In this document: piece by piece, positions 10,703 to 20,915 of the stretch
How the letters are laid out: each line of letters opens with the position of its first letter
How positions within the stretch are numbered: position 1 is the first letter of the stretch
Source of the DNA: Desulfobulbus propionicus DSM 2032
Lineage (GTDB): Bacteria; Desulfobacterota; Desulfobulbia; Desulfobulbales; Desulfobulbaceae
Length of the DNA: 32,000 nt
Reading direction: 5' to 3'
Assembly: GCF_000186885.1 (NCBI RefSeq)
Contig: NC_014972.1
Location: forward strand, 2,340,001 to 2,372,000
Made by a program: the position numbers and the translations under genes
The notes under the pieces: model-generated
Database searches by the model: none
What the model was told of the DNA's origin: nothing
The model's input: the letters and a program-made list of their open reading frames with translations, nothing else

Positions 10703-11209
10703 TTATTTCAGCGTGGCCAAGAGTTCTTTGAGTTTGTCCACATTCATGTTCTCGTAGAACTCACCATTGACCTGAACCACGGGAGCGGTGCCGCAGTGCC
10801 CCAGACATTCCACCTCTTCGAGACTGAACTCTCCGTCAGCGCTGACGTCTCCGGGTTTGATGCCCAATTCCTGTTGTAAATAGTCGACGATTTCCTGTTT
10901 TCCCAGGAGGTAACAGGACAGGGTTCGACAGACACAGATATGATACTTGCCCTTGGGTTGCAGGTTGTACATGGTGTAAAAAGTGGCAGCCTCGTACACC
11001 ATACTGGCAAAGGTCCCTATGCGATCAGCGATATAGGCCATGGCTTCAGCACTAATCCACCCCTCCTGCTCTTGAACAAGCCACAGGGAAGGAAGTATCA
11101 GAGACTCACGGGTGGGATAGCGTTTGGCCAACCGTTCAAACTCGGCATCGCGTTGCGCATCAAAAGCGAACGGTTTTCCCGTTTCTATTAGCTGTGATCG
11201 ATCACTCAT
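10703..11209 (-). CDS. nuoE: NADH-quinone oxidoreductase subunit E ([2Fe-2S])
   Basis: 168 aa. Thioredoxin-like [2Fe-2S] ligands CRTLSC ... CLGHC. Confidence 0.95.
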   Translation of the reverse strand: MSDRSQLIETGKPFAFDAQRDAEFERLAKRYPTRESLILPSLWLVQEQEGWISAEAMAYIADRIGTFASMVYEAATFYTMYNLQPKGKYHICVCRTLSCYLLGKQEIVDYLQQELGIKPGDVSADGEFSLEEVECLGHCGTAPVVQVNGEFYENMNVDKLKELLATLK

Positions 11210-12927
11210 CTGTCCAACTCTCCGCCGATAATGTTGATGCTGCCGAGATTGATAACTGCGTCCGCAATCATTTCCCCCTCGACCATTTCATGGAATCCAC
11301 CCATCATATAGAAGCACGGCGGGCGAACCTTGCACTTATACGGTTTTCCGGAGCCATCGGAGACAAAGTAAAAACCGAGTTCACCATTGGCAGCTTCGAA
11401 GGAATCATACCATTCTCCAGCAGGAGCCTTGACACCTTCAAAGACCAGCTTGAAGTGACTGGCCAAACCTTCGATGTTGGAATAGACTTCCGTTTTCGGA
11501 GGCAAGAATACGTTATTATTACTAATATTAACCGATCCAGCAGGTATCATCTTCATAGCTTGGCGGATGATACTGATGCTTTGGAAAATTTCTTCGTACC
11601 GGATCATAATCCGGTCATAGATATCCCCCTTGGAGCCAAGAGGAATGGTGAAATCAAACGCATCGTAATGGTAGTACGGGTTATCCTTGCGCAAATCAAA
11701 CGGCACCCCACTGGCCCGGAGGCATGGTCCAGTGAAGCCATACGACAAGGCCTTATCGGCCGGCATAACGCAAACATTTTGCGTTCTATCATGGACAATG
11801 CGGTTCTTGAGCACCAGCTTCAGCGAATCGTTGACTCCCTTTTCGATATCGCACAACTGCTTCTCCATGTCCGCTTCCCAACCCTCGTAAAAATCACGGT
11901 ACATGCCACCGATTCGAGTGAATGAACTGGTTAGGCGGGCACCGGTCAAACGGCTGATGAAATCGTAGGAGGCCTCCTTCTCATTATACAGATACCAGTA
12001 GTTGGTCAAACCACCCATATCAACCAAGTTAGCGGCAATACAGACCAAATGGTCCTGCACCCGGAAAAACTCGGCGAGAATGACCCGCATGAATTTGGCC
12101 CGCTCGGTAATATCTATCCCGAGCCAGGATTCCACCGCCTTGGCGTAAGCGATGTTGTTCATCAGGGCTGAACAATAATTGAGCCTGTCGGTGAGTGGAA
12201 TAACCTGGTTATAGGTTCGATTTTCTGCAGTTTTTTCGAAACCGCGATGCAGATAACCGATTTCGTTGACATTGGCGAGAATAGTCTCTCCATCAAGAGC
12301 AGTCAAAATGCGGATGGCGCCATGGGTCGCCGGATGGGAGGGACCAAGATTGAGATACATGATCTCGGTATGAATATCCTCCATCAGGGTCTGATCAACA
12401 CCATTCTGCTGCAATCGCGCCTTGATTTCTTTTTCCAGACTATCGCTTTCGTAACAGATCTGACCTTGTTCGATCGGATAATCCTTCCGCAACGGATGTC
12501 CCTGAAATTGCCAATGATTGAGAATCCTGCGCAGATCGGGATGCCCTTGAAAAACGATGCCGTACTGGTCGTAGGTCTCGCGTTCGCCCCAGTTGGCAGA
12601 ATCCCACAAGCCGGTGGCGGTGGGTATACCCACCTCGGGGTCAGCTACCGGGACCCTCACCTGCACCAGCCGATTCTGTTCCCAATTACGGAGGGTATAG
12701 ACAACAAAAAAACGTGCCTCGTGCCACTCGGGATAGTTGAGATAGTCAACCGCGGTAACATCAAGCAGCAGACTGAAGTTGAGTGTGGGATCATTTTTCA
12801 GGCGAGAAAGCGTTTTTTCGAGGTACTCTGGTTGCACGGTAAGAACCACAGAATCGATTGTTGCCGTGCAGGGCGCCTCCGGAAACGCGGCCTGGATAAG
12901 TTCTAGCGCCGTCGTATTCATAATCAA
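11206..12927 (-). CDS. nuoCD: Fused NADH-quinone oxidoreductase subunit C/D
   Basis: 573 aa. The N-terminal NuoC-like part ends ...HPLRKDYPI; the NuoD part has [15 protein letters not shown] and [28 protein letters not shown]-like motifs in one uninterrupted frame. Confidence 0.95.
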   Translation of the reverse strand: [573 protein letters not shown]

Positions 12928-13436
12928 TCGAGAATCCCCTTGAAATCTTTGTGGCGATCGTTAAGCACACTTTCACCCTTGATTTTGTCCTGGATCTTCA
13001 TCAACGCATCCAGAACAGCCTCGGGCCGCGGAGGACATCCTGAGATGTAAACATCCACAGGAATAATCGTGTCAATACCCTGCACGGTGCAATAGTTGTC
13101 ATAAACACCGCCAGAACTGGCACACGCCCCCATGGCCACGACCCATTTGGGCTCGGGCATTTGTTCATAAATTCGTTTGAGAATCGGCGCCTGCTTATAA
13201 CTAATGGTCCCGCACACGAGCAACAGATCGGCCTGACGGGGAGAAAATCGAACAACCTCAGCGCCCCATCGGGAAATATCGAGTTGACTTGCGGCGGCAC
13301 TCATGAATTCGATCGCGCAGCAGGCGGTTCCGAATACAAACGGCCACAGAGAGTACTCACGCCCCCAATTGATGACTGCATCCAGCTTGGTGGTAAGTAC
13401 CGAATCACCTAGACTTGCTTCTAATCCTAACGCCAA
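12924..13436 (-). CDS. nuoB: NADH-quinone oxidoreductase subunit B
   Basis: 170 aa. WPFVFGTACCAIEFM, GTISYKQAP, YISGCPPRPEA (N2 cluster ligands). Confidence 0.97.
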   Translation of the reverse strand: MALGLEASLGDSVLTTKLDAVINWGREYSLWPFVFGTACCAIEFMSAAASQLDISRWGAEVVRFSPRQADLLLVCGTISYKQAPILKRIYEQMPEPKWVVAMGACASSGGVYDNYCTVQGIDTIIPVDVYISGCPPRPEAVLDALMKIQDKIKGESVLNDRHKDFKGILD

Positions 13437-13786
13437 TTGAGCACCCCTTTCTTGATGATATAAATAAGACCGGTCAAAAGCAGCGCCATGAACACCACCA
13501 TTTCAGTGAATCCAAACCAGCCCAGCTCGCGCACACTAACCGCCCACGGATACATGAACACTGCCTCTATATCAAACAAAAGAAACAGAATGGCGAGCAG
13601 ATAAAATTTGACACTGAATTTCTGCTCTGCCAAACCAATCATGCGTTTGACGCCGCTCTCGTATGGATCATTCTTTGCCCTGCCACCGGCTCGGGGCCCG
13701 AAGACCGTTGTTACCAGCATGAACAGCGGCACAACGAGAGCAATTCCAATGAGGGCGATTGCTGAAAGTACCAGTTCCGTTACCAT
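13427..13786 (-). CDS. nuoA: NADH-quinone oxidoreductase subunit A
   Basis: 119 aa, three TMs. PYESGVKRMIGLAEQKFSVKFYLLAILFLLFDIEAVFMYPWA. Confidence 0.96.
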   Translation of the reverse strand: MVTELVLSAIALIGIALVVPLFMLVTTVFGPRAGGRAKNDPYESGVKRMIGLAEQKFSVKFYLLAILFLLFDIEAVFMYPWAVSVRELGWFGFTEMVVFMALLLTGLIYIIKKGVLNWR

Positions 13787-13897
13787 GAATTAGACTCTCC
13801 CTTTGACGTGATAAAAATAAGCGAAACCTTCTGTGAACAGCAGGTTAGTATAGATAATGAAAATGAACGGCTATTCATTACCGACCCGACTATCATC

Positions 13898-13922
13898 TGT
13901 CAAGAAAAATAGTTCCTTGACA
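13898..13922. promoter_or_regulatory. Inverted repeat TGTCAAG-N11-CTTGACA upstream of nuoA; the left arm reads as a TTGACA -35-like box on the minus strand
   Basis: Perfect 7-bp arms read directly, ~112 nt upstream of the nuoA start. No strong -10 accompanies it. Confidence 0.35.
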
Positions 13923-14482
13923 ATGGAGTCGAATTCCTTAACCCCCACCAGGACACAAATCCTGAGCTAAGTATTCAAAATGTGCAAATTGACCAAAATC
14001 GATCATCTTTTTTATTTAACCTTCCCTCCGAATATCTATTATTTTCACCTCCCTTCTTGTGCATTGCTGTTTATCACCCTTTGCCAATAAACCAACAACA
14101 GGCCACTGGTCAATCTGCCCAATTCGCACACCTCTTATTGCGTTTCGGACCATCACCGTCCAAGGATCCCTTGGGAGGGGCTCCACCGCCGGACCGTCGC
14201 GACAAATGCTATCCAACCTCATTGCTTCCGATTGGTTAGGCGTCCAGCCGTTGAAATAAAAAGCCTCGCGTCAACACGATTAACCACGAGAAGCGCGGCT
14301 ACTTCCAAGAGGGGAGCCAAAAAACTCGATACACTTCCTTCTTGAGCGGTTAGCGAGCCTAGGTCAAGAGGGTGAAACATCAAATACTCGCGACGGTTCG
14401 GCCCTCTGGCGCAACGGCGTTCAACCCGCCAACAGCCAATCCCGTCGAACCCTTCAGCAACAGACCCGTCAAGAAACTAGCA

Positions 14483-14530
14483 AAAAATACGCAATAAAGC
14501 CCGGATGGATCACAGATTCACCCGGGCTTC
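14483..14530 (-). terminator. Candidate intrinsic terminator downstream of ssb
   Basis: AAGCCCGG (14497..14504) / CCGGGCTT (14522..14529) stem, followed on the minus strand by TATTGCGTATTTTTTG. It starts ~25 nt past the ssb stop. Confidence 0.5.
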
Positions 14531-14554
14531 ATGTCCTCGTATTCCGCCATCGGC

Positions 14555-14980
14555 CTAAAACGGCACATCATCTCCCATGGGCGGCGGCTCGGGAAAAGGA
14601 TCGCCACCGTACCCCGCTCCACCTCCTCCATATTCGCCTCCACCGGACGCGGCGACTCTCGGTGAGAGCATTTTCATCTCTCGAGCCACGATTTCAGTGG
14701 TATAGCGGTCATTCCCGTTCTGGTCCTTCCATTTCCTCGTCTGCAACTTCCCCTCGATGTACACCTTGGACCCCTTCGAAAGATACTCACCACAGATCTC
14801 CGCCAACCGCTGCCAAGCCACGACTCTGTGCCATTCGGTCTGCTCCTGAACCTGACCGTCCTGTCCTTTGCGTCTTTCCGTGGTCGCCATGGTAAATGTT
14901 GCCACCGGCGTTCCGTTCTGGGTATAGCGGATTTCAGGATCAGCACCCAAATTACCGATTAATATCACTTTGTTGATCAT
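14555..14980 (-). CDS. ssb: Single-stranded DNA-binding protein
   Basis: 141 aa. [31 protein letters not shown] fold, Gly-rich linker, acidic tip ending DDVPF. Confidence 0.96.
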   Translation of the reverse strand: MINKVILIGNLGADPEIRYTQNGTPVATFTMATTERRKGQDGQVQEQTEWHRVVAWQRLAEICGEYLSKGSKVYIEGKLQTRKWKDQNGNDRYTTEIVAREMKMLSPRVAASGGGEYGGGGAGYGGDPFPEPPPMGDDVPF

Positions 14981-15147
14981 TGTTCACCTGCGGGTAGAAA
15001 GTATTGCCGAAGATCTCGGCATACTACAACATTGTCCGTTCATGGAATGGTGGCCAATGATAAACCAATCGACAGGTTATTGCAAAACTTGTTGCAGCAT
15101 TCAGCCCGCCGCTGCCCTTTCCCGATAAGCTTTTTCCATGCAATACA

Positions 15148-15174
15148 AACGGGCATCACGATGACGCCCGTTTC
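15148..15174 (-). terminator. Candidate terminator downstream of amt
   Basis: AAACGGGC-atcacgatgac-GCCCGTTT hairpin ~23 nt past the amt stop. The T tract is short. Confidence 0.5.
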
Positions 15175-15196
15175 CCCCCAACCATTCCCAAGGAGA

Positions 15197-16597
15197 TCAA
15201 TAATGATACGCCGACTCACCATGACTGACCGTATCCAGCCCTTCCCGCTCTTCCTCCTCGGTAACCCGCAAACCAATAGTCATATCCACCAGTTTATAGG
15301 CCACGATTGATACCACACCGGACCAGATGATGGTCGTTCCAATGCCCCAGAACTGACTGATCACCTGATTGCCGATGGAGTAGTCAGCCACCTTGTTGGC
15401 AACATAATCATAGATACCGACACCACCCAAAGCCGGATCAGCGAAGATGCCGGTCAACACAGCGCCAAGTATCCCCCCCACTCCATGGACACCGAAAACA
15501 TCAAGCGCATCGTCCGCGCCCAGAAGGCGCTTGAGACCATTGACCCCCCAGAGACAGACGACGCCTGCGGCCAAGCCGATCACCAAGGCGCCACCTATGC
15601 CAACCCAGCCACAAGCAGGAGTGACAGCGACAAGACCGGCAACCGCACCCGAGGCCGCACCCAACATGGACGGCTTCCCTTTCAGTATCCATTCCGCGAA
15701 CGTCCAGGAAAGCGCAGCCGCGGCAGTGGCCAGCATGGTATTACCAAAGGCGAGGGCAGCCAATCCCGTGGCCTCGAGATTTGAACCTGCATTGAAACCA
15801 AACCAGCCAACCCACAGGAGACAGGCGCCAATCATGGTCATGGTCAAGCTGTGCGGTGCCATGGATTCCCTCCCATAGCCGACGCGCTTGCCGACCATGT
15901 AAGCGCCAATCAAACCGGCAATGGCTGCGTTGATATGAACCACCGTGCCACCGGCAAAATCAATGGCTCCTTTCTGAAACAGGAACCCTGCCGTCGAAGC
16001 CGCTCTGGCGCCGGCCTCGGCGTCGGTGTATGCATCTGGACCGGCCCAGTACCAGACCATATGAGCGATCGGCAGATAGGCAAAGGTAAACCACAAAACG
16101 ATAAAGGCGAGCACAGCCGAGAATTTCATCCGTTCCGCGAACGCTCCAATGATCAACGCCGGCGTGATGGCCGCGAAGGTGGCCTGGAAAAAGACATAAA
16201 TCAGCTCCGGAATGACCACGCCTTTACTGAACGTCCCTGCCACTGAATCAATCCCCACTCCCTTGAGCAGCACTTTGCCAAATCCGCCAAAAAAAGCGGT
16301 CCCTTCCGTGAAGGCAACACTGTACCCATAGACCACCCAAAGCACCACACACAGAGAGAAAATCGTGAAGACCTGCATCAATACCGACAGCATGTTTTTG
16401 CTTCGAACCAACCCGCCATAAAACAACGCCAGGCCGGGAATGGTCATCAGGGTCACCAACAGTGTTGCGACAATCATCCACGCAGTGTCCCCCTTTTCAG
16501 GGACAGGAGCAGCGGTTTCGGCAAGGACGGGCATTGCGGCGGCCACCACAGCGATTGCCGCCAAGATCAGAGAAGAGACAACTGTTGATTTCTTCAT
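15197..16597 (-). CDS. amtB: Ammonium transporter (Amt/AmtB family)
   Basis: 466 aa with N-terminal signal-like peptide. ALFYGGLVRSKNMLSVLMQ, DFAGGTVVHINAAIAGL, DVFGVHGVGGILGAVLTG. Paired with a PII gene. Confidence 0.96.
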   Translation of the reverse strand: MKKSTVVSSLILAAIAVVAAAMPVLAETAAPVPEKGDTAWMIVATLLVTLMTIPGLALFYGGLVRSKNMLSVLMQVFTIFSLCVVLWVVYGYSVAFTEGTAFFGGFGKVLLKGVGIDSVAGTFSKGVVIPELIYVFFQATFAAITPALIIGAFAERMKFSAVLAFIVLWFTFAYLPIAHMVWYWAGPDAYTDAEAGARAASTAGFLFQKGAIDFAGGTVVHINAAIAGLIGAYMVGKRVGYGRESMAPHSLTMTMIGACLLWVGWFGFNAGSNLEATGLAALAFGNTMLATAAAALSWTFAEWILKGKPSMLGAASGAVAGLVAVTPACGWVGIGGALVIGLAAGVVCLWGVNGLKRLLGADDALDVFGVHGVGGILGAVLTGIFADPALGGVGIYDYVANKVADYSIGNQVISQFWGIGTTIIWSGVVSIVAYKLVDMTIGLRVTEEEEREGLDTVSHGESAYHY

Positions 16598-16614
16598 GGA
16601 CGAACTCCTTTCGG

Positions 16615-17046
<432 letters not shown>

Positions 17047-17261
17047 TTAGCGATGTCGACCAAGAAGAATTCCCGTCGAAACGGCTATCGATTTCACTTC
17101 ATTTTCAGCGTCGCGGACCCCTGTTTGCCCCGGTTTTCATGAACCCGCCGCACTCGATGCGTGCCCGCAACCCACCCACTTTCTTGTTTGCCTCCTTTTT
17201 CCTTCGATATTGCGCTGTTGCATGGTTATACATTTCACTCGTTTTACTCGGTACAATGTAC

Positions 17262-17279
17262 TAGCACTTTTAATGCCAA
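17262..17279 (-). promoter_or_regulatory. Candidate sigma-54 (-24/-12) promoter for glnK-amt
   Basis: The minus strand reads TTGGCATTAAAAGTGCTA, i.e. GG-N10-GC in the TGGCAY..TGC context, ~310 nt upstream of glnK. Confidence 0.45.
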
Positions 17280-17556
17280 AAAATAACAACAACGCAAATA
17301 ATTGAAAATTAAATGAATAATACCATTTATCCGCACAACCGCTCACCCTTTAACAAATTTAATCTTCCTATTGTCATTTTTTATAAAAATAACTTACAAA
17401 ATTGAAAATTTATCTGCAAAAACGATCATCGAAACCATCAAGGGAAAACAGCAACAGGACAAAAGAAGCGTTGCGCTGATCAGCAAAAATGGGAAAAGAT
17501 GAAAAGCAACGAGTTGATTTTTCAGCTCTCATCTCCTTTCCCAGGAGGCTCATCGC

Positions 17557-18057
17557 ATGTGCGACAATCATTCCCGCCATTCGGTCGACACGCGGCAACG
17601 ACAAGCCATCGATCGAACCATTCACCGCCATGACTTTCGCCCGGATGCCCTGATCGAGACCTTGCACACCGCCCAGGAAACCCTGGGCTATCTGGATCGG
17701 GATACCTTGGCTTACATTGCGGAAAAACTCAAAATTCCTCCAGCCAGGGTCTTTGGTGTGGCCACGTTTTACAATCACTTCAGACTGAAACCCAAAGGAA
17801 ACCATACGTTGGCCGTGTGCACCGGCACCGCATGCCATGTGAAGGGTAACGATCAAATACTCGCCTGGCTGGGTGAGCAGTACCATCTGCGCCCCGGAGA
17901 AACCACTCCCGACAACCATCTCTCCCTTGTGGAAGTCCGATGTGTCGGCGCCTGCGCCCTCGCGCCCGTGATCGTTTCCGACGGCGAACTCATTGGAAAA
18001 AAGAACTTTGACGAGGCAATTCGCCTCATTAAGGAGTGGATTGGCGATGCAACGTGA
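17557..18057 (+). CDS. hoxE: Bidirectional [NiFe]-hydrogenase diaphorase subunit HoxE
   Basis: 166 aa NuoE-like. Ligands CTGTAC ... CVGAC; RBS ccaggagg upstream; first of a hoxEFUYH run. Confidence 0.9.
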   Translation: MCDNHSRHSVDTRQRQAIDRTIHRHDFRPDALIETLHTAQETLGYLDRDTLAYIAEKLKIPPARVFGVATFYNHFRLKPKGNHTLAVCTGTACHVKGNDQILAWLGEQYHLRPGETTPDNHLSLVEVRCVGACALAPVIVSDGELIGKKNFDEAIRLIKEWIGDAT

Positions 18058-19663
18058 GGAACTCATCCGCCGCGCGGATGCCCATCGACGCTCTTTGAAT
18101 GGATTTACCCACCACTTTCTAGTGTGCGCCGGTCTTGGCTGTCCGCGCAACGAGGAGATCATCGCCGCGCTGCGAAGCGTCATCGCCGAGCGAGGCCTGC
18201 AGGAACAGATTTCGGTGCGCAAAGTCGGCTGCATGGGACTGTGTGCCCTGGGCCCCATTGTCTTGGTGCAACCCGAGGAAATTTTCTACCAGGCGGTCAC
18301 GCCCGAAGATGCCGAGGATCTGGTCGCATCCCTTGGCAAAGCCCCTCTGCAGCGCCTTTTTCTGCCATCGGACCTGCCATTTTTCAAACGGCAGCATAAA
18401 AATGTGCTGGCACTCTCCGGCCGGATCGACCCGGAAAGCGTCGACGACTATTTGGCGGCTGGCGGTTATCTGGCCGTTGTTCAAGCGCTCACCGAAATGC
18501 GCCCATCCGATGTCATCCGCCGCGTGCAAGAAAGCGGATTGCGTGGCCGAGGCGGGGCAGGCTACCCCACTGGGCTCAAATGGGCGACCGTTGCCAAGGC
18601 CACAGGAGAAAAAAAATACCTGATCTGCAATGCGGACGAAGGCGATCCAGGAGCTTTCATGGATCGCTCCATCCTGGAAAGCACCCCCCATGCCGTTTTG
18701 GAAGGGATGATCATCGCCGCCTACGCGGTCGGCGCGACCAGTGGCTACATTTATGTGCGAGCCGAATATCCATTGGCGGTGAAACGACTCAAACTGGCCA
18801 TCCGCGAAGCCGAGCGCCTGAATTTTCTGGGTCATGCCGTTTGCGGCTCTTCCCTGGATCTTGATATTCAGCTCCGCCTTGGAGCAGGCGCCTTTGTCTG
18901 CGGCGAAGAAACAGCCCTCATCCAATCGGTGGAAGGCAAGCGAGGCATCCCTCGGCCACGCCCCCCTTACCCTGCGGAACAAGGACTCTGGGGCCGCCCC
19001 ACCCTGATCAACAATGTGGAAACCTATGCCAATGTGCCGCCAATCATTGCCCATGGCCCGGAAAAGCTTGCCGCCTTGGGCACCGAACAGAGCAAGGGCA
19101 CCAAAGTCTTTGCCCTTACGGGAAAAATTCGCAACAGCGGCCTGATCGAGGTGCCCATGGGTATGAGCCTGCGGGAGATTGTTTTTGACATCGGTGGAGG
19201 CATTCCCGGTGGTCACGCCTTGAAAGCCGTTCAGACCGGGGGACCGTCGGGAGGATGCATTCCGGCCGAACATCTGGACACCCCGGTGAGCTTCGAGAGC
19301 TTGCGCGCCCTGGGATCAATCATGGGATCGGGCGGCATGATTGTCATCGACGAAACCACGAACATGGTCGATATTGTCAAATATTTCATGGAGTTCAGCA
19401 TGGATGAGTCCTGCGGCCAATGCACTCCCTGCCGGGTGGGAACCGCCCAGATCCACCACCTGCTCACCCTGTTTCAGCAATCCAGGGCCACTTTGCTTGA
19501 CCTTGCAAAGCTGGAAGCGCTGTGCGATTTGGTGAAAAATACCAGCCTTTGCGGTCTCGGCCAATCGGCTCCCAACCCGGTGCTCAGCACCCTGCGGTAT
19601 TTTCGTCAAGAGTATCTGGACCGGATCGTTGCGCATCCGCCCATTCAGGAGGAGGAACAATGA
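18047..19663 (+). CDS. hoxF: Bidirectional hydrogenase diaphorase subunit HoxF
   Basis: 538 aa from the internal ATG overlapping the hoxE stop. N-terminal [2Fe-2S] CAGLGC...CMGLC, then GLRGRGGAGYPTGLKWATV, GAGAFVCGEETALIQSVEG, SCGQCTPCRVG. Confidence 0.93.
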   Translation: MQREELIRRADAHRRSLNGFTHHFLVCAGLGCPRNEEIIAALRSVIAERGLQEQISVRKVGCMGLCALGPIVLVQPEEIFYQAVTPEDAEDLVASLGKAPLQRLFLPSDLPFFKRQHKNVLALSGRIDPESVDDYLAAGGYLAVVQALTEMRPSDVIRRVQESGLRGRGGAGYPTGLKWATVAKATGEKKYLICNADEGDPGAFMDRSILESTPHAVLEGMIIAAYAVGATSGYIYVRAEYPLAVKRLKLAIREAERLNFLGHAVCGSSLDLDIQLRLGAGAFVCGEETALIQSVEGKRGIPRPRPPYPAEQGLWGRPTLINNVETYANVPPIIAHGPEKLAALGTEQSKGTKVFALTGKIRNSGLIEVPMGMSLREIVFDIGGGIPGGHALKAVQTGGPSGGCIPAEHLDTPVSFESLRALGSIMGSGGMIVIDETTNMVDIVKYFMEFSMDESCGQCTPCRVGTAQIHHLLTLFQQSRATLLDLAKLEALCDLVKNTSLCGLGQSAPNPVLSTLRYFRQEYLDRIVAHPPIQEEEQ

Positions 19664-20376
19664 CAACACAAGTTCTCACCTTGCGGATCGACGGCCGGGA
19701 AGTAAGCGGGCTCGCCGCGGAAACCATCCTCCATGTGGCGCGGGAAAACGACATTTCCATCCCCACCCTTTGTGCATTGGAAGGGTTGTCGACACCCGGA
19801 TCATGCCGGCTCTGCATGGTGCAAATCAACGGCAGCGACAAACTGCACGCCGCCTGCGTCACCCCCATACAAGAAGGCATGGTGGTGACCACCCAATCGG
19901 ACAAAATTCTTCAATACCGTCGCGCCATCATCGAGCTGCTCTTTTCGGAGCGCAACCATGTCTGCGCGGTGTGCGTTGCCAACGGTCACTGCGAGTTGCA
20001 GGATCTGGCCCGGGAATTTGGGGTCGATCACGTGGAAATGGCCTATCGTTTCCCGGCTCTCACGGTGGATGCCTCGCACAGTCGTTTCGTTCTCGATCAC
20101 AACCGCTGCGTCCTCTGCACCCGTTGCGTGCGTGTATGCGCGGAGATTGAAGGCGCCCACACCTGGGACATCAAGCATCGGGGCATCCACAGCCTGATTG
20201 TTGCGGATCTTGATACCTCTTGGGGGGCCTCCGAAACCTGCACCGGTTGCGGCAAGTGCGTTCATGTCTGCCCAACCGGGGCTCTGTGCGAAAAGGGCAC
20301 GTCCGTAGCGGAACTGCATAAAAAAAGGCCGTTTCTCCCCTATCTCCTCGCCAACCGCACGGTGGACCGCCGATGA
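19660..20376 (+). CDS. hoxU: Bidirectional hydrogenase diaphorase subunit HoxU
   Basis: 238 aa from MTTQVLTLRIDG (ATGA overlap with hoxF). CALEGLSTPGSCRLC, CAVCVANGHCELQ, CVLCTRCVRVC, CTGCGKCVHVCPTGAL. Confidence 0.93.
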   Translation: MTTQVLTLRIDGREVSGLAAETILHVARENDISIPTLCALEGLSTPGSCRLCMVQINGSDKLHAACVTPIQEGMVVTTQSDKILQYRRAIIELLFSERNHVCAVCVANGHCELQDLAREFGVDHVEMAYRFPALTVDASHSRFVLDHNRCVLCTRCVRVCAEIEGAHTWDIKHRGIHSLIVADLDTSWGASETCTGCGKCVHVCPTGALCEKGTSVAELHKKRPFLPYLLANRTVDRR

Positions 20377-20906
20377 ACACACCACGGATCGCAACCCTTT
20401 GGCTCGATGGCTGCTCCGGCTGTCACATGTCCTTGCTGGATACCGATGAACGACTGCTCGATCTGGCCGCCATGCTGGATGTTGTCTACAGTCCGTTGAT
20501 GGATGTCAAAACCTTTCCCGAAGCCGTCGATGCGGTATGCATCGAAGGAGCGGTGAGTTCCAAGGAGGACGAGCGCAAACTTGTCGTCGCCCGTCAACGC
20601 AGCAGGTTTCTGATCGCCATGGGTGACTGTGCCGTCACCGGCAATGTTCCAGCCATGCGCAATGTTGTCGGGGCGGAAAGGATTCTTCGGTCGGTGTACA
20701 TCGACCAAGACCCCCTCAACCCGCTCATTCCCGCCGACAACCTGCCGGTGCTCAATAGCAAGGCCCTGCCGCTGCATTGTTTTGTCCAGGTGGATCTGTT
20801 CATTCCAGGATGCCCTCCCGCCGCCGACACTCTTTTTGCCGCACTCAGCGCCGTGGCTGCGGGAAAGGTGAACGACCTTCGACTCGCAACCCGTTTTGGC
20901 GCGTAG
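20373..20906 (+). CDS. hoxY: Bidirectional [NiFe]-hydrogenase small subunit HoxY
   Basis: 177 aa. WLDGCSGCHMSLLD, GDCAVTGNVPAMRN, FIPGCPPAAD cluster ligands. Confidence 0.93.
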   Translation: MNTPRIATLWLDGCSGCHMSLLDTDERLLDLAAMLDVVYSPLMDVKTFPEAVDAVCIEGAVSSKEDERKLVVARQRSRFLIAMGDCAVTGNVPAMRNVVGAERILRSVYIDQDPLNPLIPADNLPVLNSKALPLHCFVQVDLFIPGCPPAADTLFAALSAVAAGKVNDLRLATRFGA

Positions 20907-20915
20907 GAGTCTTGC

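Noticed and set aside
14230-14530. Possible tRNA or small structured RNA in the ssb/nuo gap
   Set aside because: I could not assemble a cloverleaf or T-loop consensus. Only the ssb terminator hairpin near 14497-14529 is supported.
17410-18258. - strand ORF of 282 aa spanning the glnK-hox intergenic region and hoxE
   Set aside because: Mostly antisense to hoxE and the start of hoxF. No family match recognised and no evident RBS.
18119-19273. - strand ORF of 384 aa
   Set aside because: Entirely antisense to hoxF, whose protein carries strong conserved motifs. No family signature on the minus strand.
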